From positions 294,170-358,169 of the forward strand of contig RHPI01002264.1 in NCBI GenBank assembly GCA_009103225.1: a stretch of 64,000 nt of DNA, in the 5' to 3' direction. Of this stretch, positions 37,228-50,500 are shown piece after piece. The stretch is from Chlorokybus atmophyticus. Lineage: Eukaryota > Plantae > Mesostigma and Chlorokybus algae. The notes below the pieces were generated by a model. The model saw only the letters and a list, made by a program, of their open reading frames with translations, searched no databases and was not told the DNA's origin. A program made the translations under genes and the position numbers. The first letter of the stretch is position 1. The number at the start of each line of letters is the position of its first letter.

Positions 37228-37268
37228 TCAGCAGGAGCCTCTCCAGCTACTGAGGTGAGCCGTTTCCC
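37228..37268 (-). other. Predicted -1 ribosomal frameshift signal (G GGA AAC, 7-nt spacer, hairpin) linking gag to pol
   Basis: Slippery heptamer in gag frame at 37262-37268; the -1 frame is open into the protease ORF; stem CTCAGTAG...CTGCTGAG. Confidence 0.75.
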
Positions 37269-38293
37269 GGCTGCAACATCTCCTCCTCCACCATGTTCAC
37301 GCGTCCACCGCTGCGAGCGTTGCGGGCATGTGCAGCAGACTTTGCCTTATAGATAGGGCAGTTGGAGCGCACGTGATCAGCAGAAGAGCACTCCCAGCAC
37401 TTCCGAACAGCCTTGGCAGCCTCCCGACCCTTTGGGGCCTTCATAGCAACATGGAGCGCACCCAATTCCATTGGAGTTGGTCCCAAGCCAGCCCCCTGAG
37501 CTGCTGCAGCTCCCGAACCAGCCCCAACAGATGCGTATGAGCGATACGAACCTCCACGGAAGTGATTGTAATGTCCACGATCAGTGTTTTTGGCAGCCCC
37601 CTTGAAGTACAACACGTCCGTGCGCTCAGCAATGCGAATGGCCTCCGCGAGAGTCTTGGCGTCACGAAGCTCAACTTCCTTGCGACAAAGAGTCTTCAAC
37701 CCGCGCGTGTAGCGGTCCAGCTGCTCCTCCTCAGTCATGTTCGGTACAGAGAGCACAAGACGCTGAAACGCAGAGGTATAGGCCATCACGGACTGCGTTT
37801 GCACAAGCGTAGAGAGCTGGTCGCGTGCCGTCTTCACACTCTCCACCGGTACGAACTGTTTCTTCACCTCAGCAGCCAGCTCAGCCACGGTAGTGAAAGG
37901 AACCTCAAGACCAGCTTCCACACGAGCACAACGATGACGCCACCACACAAGTGCAGCTCCCTCAAAGAAAGTAGCAGCCACATCGACACGGAGATGTATA
38001 GGTACCTCGGTGAGCTTTAACCATGTCGAAACGGCAAACACCCACTCCTCCACACAGTCACCGTCCCTCTGACCCTTGAATGGCTTTGGTTTTGGTAGCT
38101 TCACATGACGAGAGGCTGATGGGGCAACCACAGGAGCTGTAACGGGCGTGGACGCGCGCGCTTGCGCCATGGCTTGTTGAAATTGTGCCGCTTGAGCTTG
38201 GGCAGATGCTTGGACACGTTGCAGCTCCTCATGAGCAGCTACCAGCACTTGCTGAAGCTCCACAACACGTGCATCATCCATGGTAGCGTCCAT
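37247..38293 (-). CDS. Gag of Gypsy A (348 aa, zinc knuckle)
   Basis: Open ORF with [14 protein letters not shown]. Confidence 0.9.
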   Translation of the reverse strand: MDATMDDARVVELQQVLVAAHEELQRVQASAQAQAAQFQQAMAQARASTPVTAPVVAPSASRHVKLPKPKPFKGQRDGDCVEEWVFAVSTWLKLTEVPIHLRVDVAATFFEGAALVWWRHRCARVEAGLEVPFTTVAELAAEVKKQFVPVESVKTARDQLSTLVQTQSVMAYTSAFQRLVLSVPNMTEEEQLDRYTRGLKTLCRKEVELRDAKTLAEAIRIAERTDVLYFKGAAKNTDRGHYNHFRGGSYRSYASVGAGSGAAAAQGAGLGPTPMELGALHVAMKAPKGREAAKAVRKCWECSSADHVRSNCPIYKAKSAAHARNARSGGRVNMVEEEMLQPGNGSPQ

Positions 38294-41200
38294 AAACAGA
38301 GAAATACCTCACACACCAAAGAGATAGTTAATATCCCCTTAAAACAAGAAACCCAACCCCTCCAAGGGCTCCGATACCACTGTAACGATGCTCGTGCTCA
38401 CATACACAGCACACAAGTCATACAACACATGTGTGCAGCTGAGCACAATCTTCACACCGGAACCTCGCCTTCACTCGCGCACGCACGCACGCGTCGAGCG
38501 CGCACACGCACACGAACACTACTACTTCTCACGCCAAGCAAGAACGCAGCAGTGTGCCTTGGACCACAACTCCCTCAAGCATGCACCAGCATACTCACAG
38601 CAGAGAGCAGAAAACAAAGTTGGTTGCATTACACAGGGTTTTTCTATTTATACAAGCACTTAGGAAGAAATAGCCTAATTAACAGGCATTTCATTATTCA
38701 CTACCAAATCCAAAGGCAGGTCCAAGTGCAGGCTCCCCACCACGCGCGTTGGGCCTTCGGCGGCTGTGTGACTGTGCAGTCCGCGTCACCTGGCACTGCA
38801 CAGCGCGTGTCCAGTCAGCGGCTGTGTCACAACCGCGTGGCAGGTGGGTCACGTCGCCGAATTAGCTGCTGTCGAGCAGGTCGCAGGCGAGTCGCGCGCG
38901 GCAGCAGGGCAGGCGCCACATGGGCTTAATAAAGCTCATAAAAGCCCTCATCAAGCCAGCAAAAAATGCAAAATAAGTACTTTATGTACAATAAAATACA
39001 AAAATGCCCCAGGCTGTTACAGTGGTGGAACTAGGCGACCAACCGCTGAACGAAGCGACTCTCCAATTCACGTGCATCAGCCATTCGCTGAGCGCACAAG
39101 GACAGCAGGTCGACAGCCAGTGCTCCCAGCCAGCCATGAGTCTCGATGGCTAAACGGATGAATGTGTCGGAATTGGCGTGATCGCGGTACTTGGCCTTCT
39201 TCTCGCGCTCCGCTGCCATTACCCCCGCACTCGGACGTGGCCGGCAGGCCGTAACTGTCACGTCCAAGTAAATGCGACTGACACGACCTGACTCGCAAGC
39301 CACACTGTCCATACGCCTCCCCTGTTGCTCATTTCCCAACAGTGGTAGTACACCTGTCACCTCACATCTCACGGCGTAGCCCGCCTCCCGTAATAATCGC
39401 AGCGAAGGTGTCGCGCAGAGCGTCATGAGTAGCTATGCGGTGCCCGCCCCGCATGCACATAAACAAGTGAGCATCCCTCACACTCAGCAGCCGATGACCA
39501 CATGCACAGAAACGAATGTGCGCCAGCAGAGGGTGTGGTAAGGCCAAGATGTGACGCACTGCAGTGCGATACTGAGCAGCGGACATGCGCAAGTCGTCTC
39601 GCACAAGTACCGCCAACAACCAAGCACCTGCACCAATGCCCGCTGTCAACTGCAACCGGTGCACGTTACTGTGGCCGCTGGCTAGGATGAAGGACGCTCG
39701 TGTACTAGCATCAATGCATGAAGCCAGCTTCTGCTGAAGACGTCTACTCTGTGAGGTCGCCAACGCCGCAAATGATGTCTGCTGCAATGAATCTGATGGT
39801 AATAAGGATGCAGCGAGGCAAAGGTCGTGATGGATAGGCAAGTCTCCCACAGCAACATGGTCAATAGCAGGCCTCAAACGCTCGTCACAACGCGCAGCCG
39901 CCAAGCGCGGACGCATCACACTAGCCACCAACCCCCAACCTCCTATGAACGCCGCCGGTGCAACAGCAGCTGCACGCCGGAGTCCCACACCGCCCAAGGT
40001 CACAGGTAACAATAATTGGAGGAGCGCACTTTCGGACATATCGAGCGGGGCTGGCGCGTGCATCAGCATCAAGAAAGCGTTGCAAATAGTGGTATTAAAC
40101 TCGAACGACTGCGCAATGAAGGCCGGAGTGGGAGCCACCGTGCGTATGAGGTACGAGGGGCGTGCGGCGACACAGTGTGTAAAAATCAATGAGGCCACCT
40201 GTGTGTCACGCATGCGGAGCAGCGCAGAAACGATGGCTGTCGCGTTCGACACGACAGCTGTCGTTTCTTTGTTTGCTGACAAAACTCCACAACTGAAGAT
40301 GGTGACCCCACAAGTATACCTAATGGATGAAAGCCATCAGACTCCACGCACACTGTTGATGGGAACACGCTCGGAATCGCCGACTCACTGAAAAGCAGTG
40401 ACTTGTCCCACCGCACCATTACACCAACAGCAGCAAGCGCAGCGCACACAGCCTCCGCCGCCTCAGCCACGTCAGATGGAGGCCCCCATGAAGAAGCTGT
40501 CATCCGCATCGGCACCGCCACATTGGGGAAGCGAGCGATGGTCCGAGTCACAACATCGGTGTCATCCGCATACAACAACCCTGCTAATGAATCCCCCTGC
40601 CGAGTGCCAGTGCACGAATCAATGCGCTCAACACCGGTCCCCCTGGAGTAAAATAATGCCGTCGGGGAACTGTAAAACTGCCTCAGGAATGGGATCAGAC
40701 GCGCAAAGGGACTCGTGCGCAGCAGCACGAACATAGCCGTCCGGTCAACCGTGTAGAATGCATTGGCGATGTCAAGTTGAAAGCCCACATGATGTGGATG
40801 CGCCTGCAGATAGGTGCGAACGCTTTGGGCCACAATCTCAGAGCCACCCTTGGTTGCCACGCCAAACTGCCATGGCTTCAAGTGGGTGCAAGCCACATCA
40901 TGAATAGCAGCAGACAATGAGCGCCCCACCATCTCCTCTGCAAAGTGTCACCGATGGCAATGGGACGGACACCACCGGCAGACTTCTGTAATGCCAGAAG
41001 TCTGCACGCTGCCATTGAAGAGGCTATGACAGACGGCATGCGCCCTGCAGCAATCAACGAACGAACACACGTGGTGCAATGCAGCCAGTGAAGCACTGTG
41101 ACCATCCAGGAACAACTGTCTGAGGTGATCGTAAGACATGCCAGAGGGTCCCGCCGCTGCCTTGCGTGGTGCGGTTGCCAAAGCCGTGCGAAACCCTGAT

Positions 41201-42669
41201 AAGTCCAACTCCACGGGCTCATCGGGCAGGCAAGAAGGCAACCAGTCAGGCAACACGGTGAAAGCCGAAGGATGAAGACGTCGAAGTTCAGCAATGGTGT
41301 GGTCAGTGTCTGGTGCTGGTGGAGAAGGAGTCAGTGCTGCACATGCTCGACGCAACTCCCCTGCTCTGCCCAACATCTCCGCGCACAAGATGGCAGCATC
41401 AGCAGCTGCCTGTTGTTGCCGTTGGCGTGGATGTGATGCAGCATATGTTGCTGCTGCGTGCCTGTCCTTCAACAATGACTCCTCTCCCATCATGAACCTC
41501 TTTGCTCGTTGCAACGCGCGAATGGCTTGACCATGTGACCATGCTCCAGCTCGTGCCAACGGGGACAATAATAGTCGAGGCCACATCAGCAGCAACGTCC
41601 AGCCGGTGGCGTCGTTGGCATCACAACCAATGCGGTGTGTACAAACGGATAGTGCGCGCGCAAGGTCCATGCGTGCAGCATAGGGGATATGACTGATGAA
41701 GCCGACCACCATCTGGCTTCAACTCATGCAGCAAGTCAACGGTGGTCAACCAGTCCCATGCTGCAATCGGGATGTGCTGGTTGACAGGTGCTGACTGAGG
41801 CATCTGCTGTGTGCTCACAAGATGACGACGCACATCGTTACGTGAGCAAGCGCGATGGTGTGCGTGAATGCCACGAGAAGTGAAACACTCCCCACACATG
41901 TCACAACGCTGATCACGGGCTGCTGTGGCACGCTGAGCAATGGCCCTGAACATGGGGCTGAACAACAGGAGCATGGACTGGTGTTGATGGACCAGCATGT
42001 GGATGTGCTACATGTTGCTCACTTGCATTGTTGCCATTAACTGCTGGCGTGAGTTGCTGCACTGCAGCCTCCGTTGATGACGGTGACATCATCAACAAGC
42101 TGGACTGCATCACCTTGACGCCAAGGACGCCGTATGAAGGACTGCAGCCGCTCTGAAGCTGCTGCACTAAAGGACGTGTGACTGGTGTTGGCACTGGAAC
42201 TGCTGACTTCGTCGTCAAAATCCGCCGCTGCGTCCTGGAAGATGTCGCTGCTTACGCCACCAGCAGCAAAGGACGCGTCGCTCGCTGTGACAGACGCGTG
42301 GTGCTGGCCGCCGCCATCTTCAGCATGTTCACCCCCAAGACCTCCCCTTGCGCTGCGAGCAGCCTGGCCCGGAGCTTGAGGAGCACGTGACCTCAATCTG
42401 GTTGCGAGTTGCAAACCAGGTCGAGGTCTGCCGCCGCTGCTGCCGTTGGTAGCACTGCCGCCTCCACCTCCACGTGGACTAGCGGCATGCACAGGTGCTC
42501 TAGGCCTCACGGCACCGGAGACTCTCCTAACTACCGCACTGTAGCTACAGTGCTCGTCACCCTCCAGGCTACTATAGTAGCCTGGAGGGTGACGAGCACG
42601 CCGCCCATACCCTCCGGCAGAGTCCACAGGTGCACTCATATTGCGTGGTGTCTTTGCAGGAGTGGACGT

Positions 42670-45100
42670 ATGGCTGGCGTTCCGTGCAAGTGAGCAGCAT
42701 GCCGCGGTGTGTGCGATGCTGTTACTAGCCCTCCTCACGTTCAGCACCATTCCCAGGTGTGAGCAGTCACTGCCACCAACATGTACTGCATTTGACATTG
42801 TCAACCCAAATGGCACACACCAAGTAGATTCGAAGCTGTGTGGTGGTGTGCTTCACTGATGACAAGCTGACGATCAGTCTTGCACTGACCTTGCATCTGT
42901 CATCGTAACGATGTGTCGCGATGCAGCGCGCAAGCGCAAGACTGCCCAAGTGGCTGCACCTTGTCGACAACCAGACGCAAATGCTACCCGTTCAATTTGA
43001 CTACATCAACGTTTGAATCTGCAGACACGAACAGCGCTCTCTACCTCCCTCTAGAGATCTGTACTGCCCTCCCTTCCACTTTTGTACCCTCCCCAACCTC
43101 GCGCGGGCATACTTGTATTCAGCTCACAGCAACACACTGCCACACGCTCAGGCATTTGCAATCCGAGGCGCCACAGTGGCCTTCCCAACCAGCGCGGAGG
43201 AAGATGCTCAGCTGGTGGCCTTGTCCTATGGTCAGGTACAATTGTGTTCTAGGTCCAAAAGTCGCATAGTTGCAGCTGCCACATGCCTGCAATTCGGGAA
43301 TCTGGGGTTGGTTGCATGCAAGGCATTACTTACGCTCTGATCATGAGGTCGCATATGTATTCACAACGACCTACTGTTAAACTTTAAAATTTGGGTGCAG
43401 GCAATTTGGATTGGAGTCTCTCAGAATGGGACCTGTTCTGCTGGCGGGTACGCTTTGCAGCTTCGCGTCACAGATGATCTTGACATGATGTAGAGCCACA
43501 CTCACAGTCTTGACCGTGAACAATGATGATAATGTGCATTTCTTGGGCCAAGCCACAAGCCAGAGCCCAAGGCCAGCAAGGGCGGGCTCCCAACCCCAAA
43601 CCAACCAGCGACCGACCAACACACGCATTCATCATCACCAACAGCGAATAACATACGTTGTTAGGAATCGCAAGTGCAGCAATTGACGCTATTGTGTCTT
43701 GTCTTTCAGTCTCTGTGCCAACAGATGCGTCTGCACCAGCTGCCCAACATGCAGGTGAGAGGATGTACACACACGTCCTGACATACTTTGCGCCATATGC
43801 ATGCACTTGGATACACTCCATCTCACACGATGGTAATGACGGACACGATAACCCTTAAAAAGCTTCTTGAAGTCTCTGCTGCGGAGCGGAAGCACATCGA
43901 TGCAATGTTGATGGCGTCTTGCTTTCATGAGATGCACAGGCATGCATGTGTGTGGGCCAACATGGATGAATCCTATGCGTTGAGCGAGGTGCAGCATGCA
44001 TATGTCTGCGCAAGCCCAGCCATCATCATGATGTTTTGTGCGTGCCTCCCGCACCACATCACAATCTCCGCACAGACCGTGAGAGACAAGGCGACGACGT
44101 GCCGCGAGTGCGAGTGCGCGTGCGACTTCCGACAGTACCCCAACGGCGGTGTACTCACGTACACCAACTAGACTGGCGATTGCTCTGGGGTGTTTTTCCC
44201 CGACAACACGGGCTGTGATTCCCACGAGTGGGTGGTGCTTATTACGTGGGCTGCTGGTGGCTGGAACGACATCGCTAACAATGGCAATTCTGACAGATTG
44301 TTGGTGAATGTTGGTGAATGTGAGTGCCCTCCATGCCCTCCTTTCACACTGTCACTTTACCCGTCATGTACCACCAGGGTTACGCGAGTCATATGCGCAT
44401 GCATACGGGAACATTGTTTGCGTAGTGTGAATGTGTGCATTAACACCTGCCGACATTGATTACAGGACACTGCTTGCGCTTGTACGGTCTGTGCACGCTC
44501 ACCATTTGTGTGCTTTGCCGTGTACCAGTGCAGCTCCCCTCAACCCCACCACCACCGGTTGCCCCTGCACCCGTACCAGTGCCCCCACCCCTCCCAACCC
44601 CCCAAGCACCTGATGCCTCCAATGCTCCTACCCCTGCACAACCTGCAAGTTCAAAGGGGGGAGGGGGCAGTGGCGCAACCATCGCCGTGGCCGTAGTTGT
44701 GCCACTCCTTGTGGTTGTGTGCATCGTCGCAGCTGCCGCACTGCTGTACTGCTATTGGTGGAAGCCGTGTAACCGCACACGCATGCGCACGCCTCCTCCT
44801 CCTTCTGCAGCTGACTCCTTCCGCTCCCCAAAGTATGCACGAGGGCAGGAGACCGGCGCAATTAACATTGTTGTGACCAACGCGAGCGCTCCATACGGTT
44901 ATGCGCACCCAAAAGGTGACTCACTCGGAGTGCATGCCGAGCAGCAACATATACTGGTGCCAGAACTCATGCATAGTACCAACCCCCCTCCCTAAGTCTT
45001 TCTCTCTGGCAGCAGGGTCGCTGCCAGATGATGCCGTTATTGTTGTTTGCGTCGGCTGTCAAGACCGGCAGCTGTCGCGCATTGCTTCAGCTGCAGGCAA
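42670..45100 (+). pseudogene. RLK3: pseudogenised paralog of the C-type lectin RLK2, truncated before the kinase domain
   Basis: MAGVPCK* (2-nt deletion relative to RLK2 exon 1), YTN* (TGG to TAG at ~44169); exon and intron homology to RLK2 ends at ~45100 in the juxtamembrane exon. Confidence 0.88.
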
Positions 45101-45206
45101 CTTTGGCCCCTTCGTGGGCAGCCTGAAAGGTTCTCGGCCACTCTTACCTGGACAAGTTGGGCTGCGAGTCAGTCACTTCACGAGCTCCAAGAGCTGGTGC
45201 CCCCCC

Positions 45207-45390
45207 NNNNNNNNNNNNNNNNNNNNNNNNNNNNNNNNNNNNNNNNNNNNNNNNNNNNNNNNNNNNNNNNNNNNNNNNNNNNNNNNNNNNNNNNNNNNNN
45301 NNNNNNNNNNNNNNNNNNNNNNNNNNNNNNNNNNNNNNNNNNNNNNNNNNNNNNNNNNNNNNNNNNNNNNNNNNNNNNNNNNNNNNNNNN
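45207..45390. other. Assembly gap (184 N)
   Basis: Run of N. Confidence 1.
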
Positions 45391-46150
45391 CGTACTGCTT
45401 CTGCCCCCCCCCGCCTTGTTCGCTGGATGACAAGCGGCGCAGCCCTCATGGCAGCCTTGGGGCTGTCAACCAAGCACCTACCAACGCACTGGAGACGCAT
45501 CTTCCAGTCTTGGATGGCAGTCCGCCCCTCCCAACCCCTTGAGCCGGACTCCTACGATGCAGTTCGCCGTCAACCCCTTGTTTTGAATTCCAGCATCATC
45601 ACTGAGCAGGATGTGGTGCTGGTCTCCACTAGTTCCTCACGTGCATAGTGGCGACAATGGGTGACGGTGGAGTTCCTTACAATCCGCTACATCTGGAGCC
45701 CCATCCGGCGTCAACTTGATTCTCCATAGGATGTGCACAGGTGGCTCCCGCACTCCTCCCTTCAACAGGCACAATCTCAACTTCAACTTCTCATCAACTA
45801 CATCCCGCCATCATGGCGCCAGCTCCTCTCCGAGGGAGTGAGCTCCCCCCACCCGGGAGAATGGTGGGGAGTTCCCGACCCCTCCTCACGCATCTTCCGA
45901 GCTATCTACGTTGAGCACACCTTTCACCAACGCAGCACGGGCATCTCCTTTCAATTGATAGAAGATGAAGCCGATACTCTCTCCTCTCCATCTCCCGGCA
46001 CCCTCCTCAACAACTATCTGGTTCGCCTGCGCATGCTCCCACCCCCACAACGCTGGCGCTCTCTCTCCACAACGCCTCAACCCAGCCCACTTGTGGACCC
46101 GTTACTCGTTCTTAATACACACCCCTTGACTTGTGTGGAAAAAAAAAAGC
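45391..46150 (+). mobile_element. Probable L1/Tx1-like LINE ORF2 fragment (post-RT region)
   Basis: LPTHWRRIFQSW..P....D.VRRQPLVLNSSI resembles the region after RT in L1/Tx1 ORF2; A-run at 46138-46148. Confidence 0.45.
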
Positions 46151-46884
46151 ACTCCTATAAGAAGTAGCATGAGGGCGTGCTACATGGGGGAAGTGTGTTA
46201 CGGCAGCCAGGGAGCTGGGCGTGATATATTAAAATAGAAATAGCCATAATTACCACCATGGTCTTTCATGGCTTAGATGGCCGGACCCTTACCGTTACAC
46301 CAGCCGTGGACGTGCACAATGTCCGTGGCTGATGTGTTTATATACTTGGGCGCTTAACATAAGGTCCAAGTGTTGACGTGGCAGCCCTTGACATGAGTCA
46401 TGGTCAATGCGACCATGAAAACGCAAGTAGCCTTGGACTTGGATGTTCACGGTCGAAGAGCAGCAAAGTGGGGGTGTATGAACAGCCTCAACTTTGCAAG
46501 TTGTAAGGCAGCTCAGCATGTGCATACTCGACTCTTGTGTGTGGGGTGCTTTATCTGGTTGTTCTTGCGGCTGTCCCCCTCACCCCATATCGGGTGTGAT
46601 GTCCGTTGAGCTTTAAAGGTGTGTGAGGTGTACTTGAGTGTGTCCACGGTGTGGTGCAGAGACTTCCCATACAAGGTGCTATACCGTTGGTGTTGGGACT
46701 TCTACATGTAAGTCCCAATAGCTTGTGCATAAATTTGCCAAGCCGTAAAAAAAGTAAGTGGTATATATATACGTTACCACACTCAGCAAATGATGCAATC
46801 TAAGCCCTTTCCATGCACTTGACCATTGATGTTGCATTTGCAAACAACCGTTAATGTGGCAAGGCAGCGGCCGATCCGCAGCTC

Positions 46885-47150
46885 ATGACTTTACCAACCC
46901 CAAATGATATCAAAGACCAACGCGCCAATCCAATCCTTTGCAGTTCGACCCCTGAAAGATGTAGTAGCACCTCCCAACATAATCAAGCGAATGTCCACCG
47001 GCTGCCTTGGTATGCCTTGCACGTTCTTTACGGTCCCCTCCGAGCATGGCTTCCACTCCTCGGGGCTAAGTCCCATGCCTTTCATAGCTCAGCAGAGTCT
47101 AGCACCAAAAATGACATGTTGTGCACCTGTATCCACTAAGACAACACCTG
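46885..47150 (-). mobile_element. Retroelement aspartic protease remnant related to the DNMT-Gypsy protease
   Basis: Minus translation VLVDTGAQHVIFG..LC*AMKGMGL..WKPC..VFDIIWG parallels 10988-11308. Confidence 0.55.
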
Positions 47151-47559
47151 GCACGAAGCCTTTGATGTCCAGCTAAGCTATAGGCTGTCTCCGACGTCTA
47201 GCTAAATTATAGGTTAATGTGCCCCCCGAGGTTGTTCATCATTGCCACATGTGGCGAAATCTAATCTCTCCGGCCCAGTGGCGGGAAGCAGTGCCAGCAT
47301 CCCTCCTACACTCCCTACACCTTGTGAGCTATACTCAGCTGATTGTCAGTATGTAAGCTTAGTTGTCTAGCTTACAGCCAAAGCTTTCCAACAAGCTAAG
47401 CCACGCCTCATAAGGCTAAGTATACGCGGAGTTCTCGCCGTTCTCCCAAGGCGTTGGTTGCGTCAGGCTGCGTCATCCTCATGACGAGCAAGTCCGGAGT
47501 CTCCTGCTTGGTCATACTCCGCGTAGTTGACTCGATATCTGTTACAGACTCATGACTGA

Positions 47560-50500
47560 TCAATGTCAGCTCATACTAATAGCAGTATCTTTAAGGCTCA
47601 TGCCTTAGCCAATTCACAAGCTGACTGGACGGAGCAGTGTGCAAGACATGCTCATGCTAACAGCAATTTGCTGTTCCAGCTGATCACCTCACCACCAAGC
47701 TTGTACACATAGCCAGTAGTTGACCTCCGTGTATCAGCATAAGCAGCGTAGTCTGCATAACAGTAGCCCTGCAGTTCTACACTGCCCTGACCATACTTGA
47801 TGCCCATTGCCGCTGTTGTCTACAGATAGCGCAGCACTCCCTTTGGTGCCAACCAATGCTGCATCGTCGAGGCTGACATGTAGCGTGCTAACTGTCCCAC
47901 ATCATGTGCAATGTCGAGTCTTGATGCCGCTGACAAGTAGAGAAGGCTTCCAGCAAGCTCACAGTAGGGATACCTCCGCTTGTCTAACTCCTCATCACTG
48001 TCTCCGGCTCTGACCAACTCGGCTCTCACGCTCAGGGTAATTCTCTTAATTTGACGTTATTCAGACCAACTTTTGCCACCAATTGCTTCACCATCTGCTC
48101 ATGGGTGATGCAGATGATTCCTGTAGCCCTGTTCCTTGTGAAAACTGTACTAAGGAAGTATGTGGTCTCGCCTAGATCTCTGCACTCGAATGCAGTCTTC
48201 AGCTGAGTCTTCACTCGCTGAACGTCTGACATTCCTGCTTTCGCAATCAAAATGTCATCCACGAACACCACCAACCACATCCTCTTGTTCTATCACGGGA
48301 ACAAGAGGATGTTTCTTCAGCTCCTTGCAAAGTCTTGCATGCCACACTCTTTGTGCTTGCTTCAGCCCGTACAATGCCTTGACCAGCCTACATACAATAC
48401 CCGATGGTCCCTCCTGATACCCTTTTGGTTGCTGAATATAGAAACTCCTCCTCCAGCTCACCATACAAACAGGTTGTGTTGACATCAAGGTGATGAAACT
48501 TCAGGTTGTCCACAGCAACAACTGCCACCATAGCTCTGAAAGTTGCCAACTTCCCAGCTGGAGCACATACATCATTGAAGTCAACTCCTAGCTGTTGCAA
48601 AAATCCCTTGGCAACGAGCCTGGCCTTGTATCTCTCAATGTTGCCATGACCATCTTCCTTCACCTTATACACCCACTTGACAGGGATGGGCTTGTTCCTA
48701 GGGGGGGAACCTCCAGCTCCCAAGTACCGCTGGCATGCAACGATGCAACTTCTTCATCCATTGCCTTGCGCCATTGCCCAGATTCAGCTGCTCGGAGTGC
48801 TTCTTTATGCGTTGCAGGCTCCGTTTCTTATACACCGGAACTTGCCAAATATCACTCTACATGAAACCAATCAGGCTACTTCCTCTCACGCCATGGATAT
48901 GCTCGCTGGCTGTTTTATTGCTGACCATGTTGCTAATGATGTCTTTGTCCACCACCTGCTGCAGCACTGCTCCTTATTCTAGGGTTGAGCTCCCTTTCCT
49001 CTGAATCACTTCTACCCCAGTAAGGCATAGTGTCTTTAATGCTGTATTCAGGGTGATGCTGACCTTCATCTTCGTCAACAGAGCTGTCACTGTGGTTGGG
49101 GCTCTTCTGCTGCTGTGCTCCCACGCCTTTATGGACGACAACATCTCTAATGGTGATGATCTTTTTGGTCTCGTCCACCAACACTCTGTATGCCTTTGAG
49201 CCTGGTTCATACCCAAGGAAAATACCCTTCTGGCTAACAGGTTTCAATTTTTTCCTTTTGCTTGGGTACTAGCACATACGCAGTGCAGCTAAACACCCGC
49301 ATATTGCTTACATGAGAAGCCTGCTTATGGAACCACTCCCACGAAGTCTTTGACCCAGAGCACGTACATGTGACCTGTTCGTGATGTAGTTGGCTGTCAG
49401 GACCGCCTCTGCCCACCAGCAATACTCCAGCTTGGCATCACTGATCATCGCTCTCACTCTCTTCATTAGAGTCAAGTTGAGCCTCTCTACTGCGCCATTC
49501 TGCTATGGAGTGTAAGGAGCAGTTGTCTGATGAACAATGCCTTGTGCAGACCAGAAGGATGCCAACTCCTTATTCAAAAGTTCTCCTCCCCTGTCACTGC
49601 GCACTATCTTCACACTGTGCTTTAATTGCGTCATCATCAAGAGCAATACCTCCTTCACCACAGCCGGCTACAGCAGACTTCAACTTTACGGGACGCACAA
49701 TGGACAGCTTTGAGAAGTTGACAAGGAAGGTTGCAATGTACGCAGCTCCCCCCTTTAACTTCTCAGACAGTGGACCACACACATCTGTGTGCACTAGCTG
49801 TCCCACGTGCTCGATGACATTCTCTGGACTTAAAAAGGGCTGCCTATGCATCTTGGACAACAGACAAGGCTCACACAACAATCCCCTGGCTTCCTTGACC
49901 CGCTGCTTAGTCACATTGATGCCTTTAACCAAATCTTCAGCAATCAGCCTCCTGAGGTTGTCATAGCTTCGATGACCATATCTTTTATGCTAAAGCTCAG
50001 CTAATTTCGCTGTTGTAGCCACCAACGTAATATCAGACTCTGCCTCTTCTATCTTATAGAGACCTCTAGATTGTTTCCTTGCAGGCAAGCAGAGCTTGCC
50101 ATAGAACTGCAACCAGCACTTGTCTCCTTCGCTAGATAGTTTGGCACCTGCCATCAGAGCACTCCGAACAGAGAAGAGGCTTACTTGTACACCAGATACA
50201 TGAAGGACCGACTTTAACTCCACCCTTTGTACACCTTCTCCAACCTTGCACTGAAGCACAACACTGCATGCACCCTTCACGTTTAGAGTATGTCCCAAGG
50301 CTTCCAGCGTGCGAGGTATCACTTGAGCCTTGTACTCGTGAAGTAGACCAGCATCAAAAGTAAGATGCTGAGTGTAGCCAGAATTGAACACCCACCTAGG
50401 ACATTGTCTGCTTGTGAATGCTGTCAAGGCTACTGCACCTCCACCACCACCATTGTTTTGCCCTCCAGAAGTATTGCCCTTCCCAGCCTTCTTCTCCTTC

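Larger units (their letters stand above)
32904..39021 (-). mobile_element. Ty3/Gypsy chromovirus, family A, full length and young
   Basis: LTRs 32904-33545 and 38381-39021 (I count 6 transitions and 1 indel), TSD GTGGT, PBS TGGTATCGGAGC, PPT at 33546. gag 37247-38293 with CCHC; pol with PR (VDCGA), RT, RH, IN and chromodomain; one in-frame stop at 36003 and one frameshift at ~35065. Confidence 0.97.
32674..42639 (-). mobile_element. CRE-like non-LTR retrotransposon (RT plus restriction-like endonuclease), degenerate, with nested Gypsy A
   Basis: N-terminal C2H2-like CDMC..FTSRGIHAHHRAC; RT blocks GVRPIAIG, QFGVATKGGSE, LDIANAF, RQGD, YADD; CACG..H..C knuckle; YLDVTV..AEREKKAKY..LAIETHGWLG endonuclease; C-terminal LQRSQASAIL continues left of the Gypsy. 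Possible 5-bp TSD ATTGC (32669-32673 and 42640-42644). Confidence 0.85.

Noticed and set aside
32904-39021. LTR differences as a signature of TE-encoded CpG methylation
   Set aside because: All six substitutions are transitions but only two are in CpG context; too few to support a claim.
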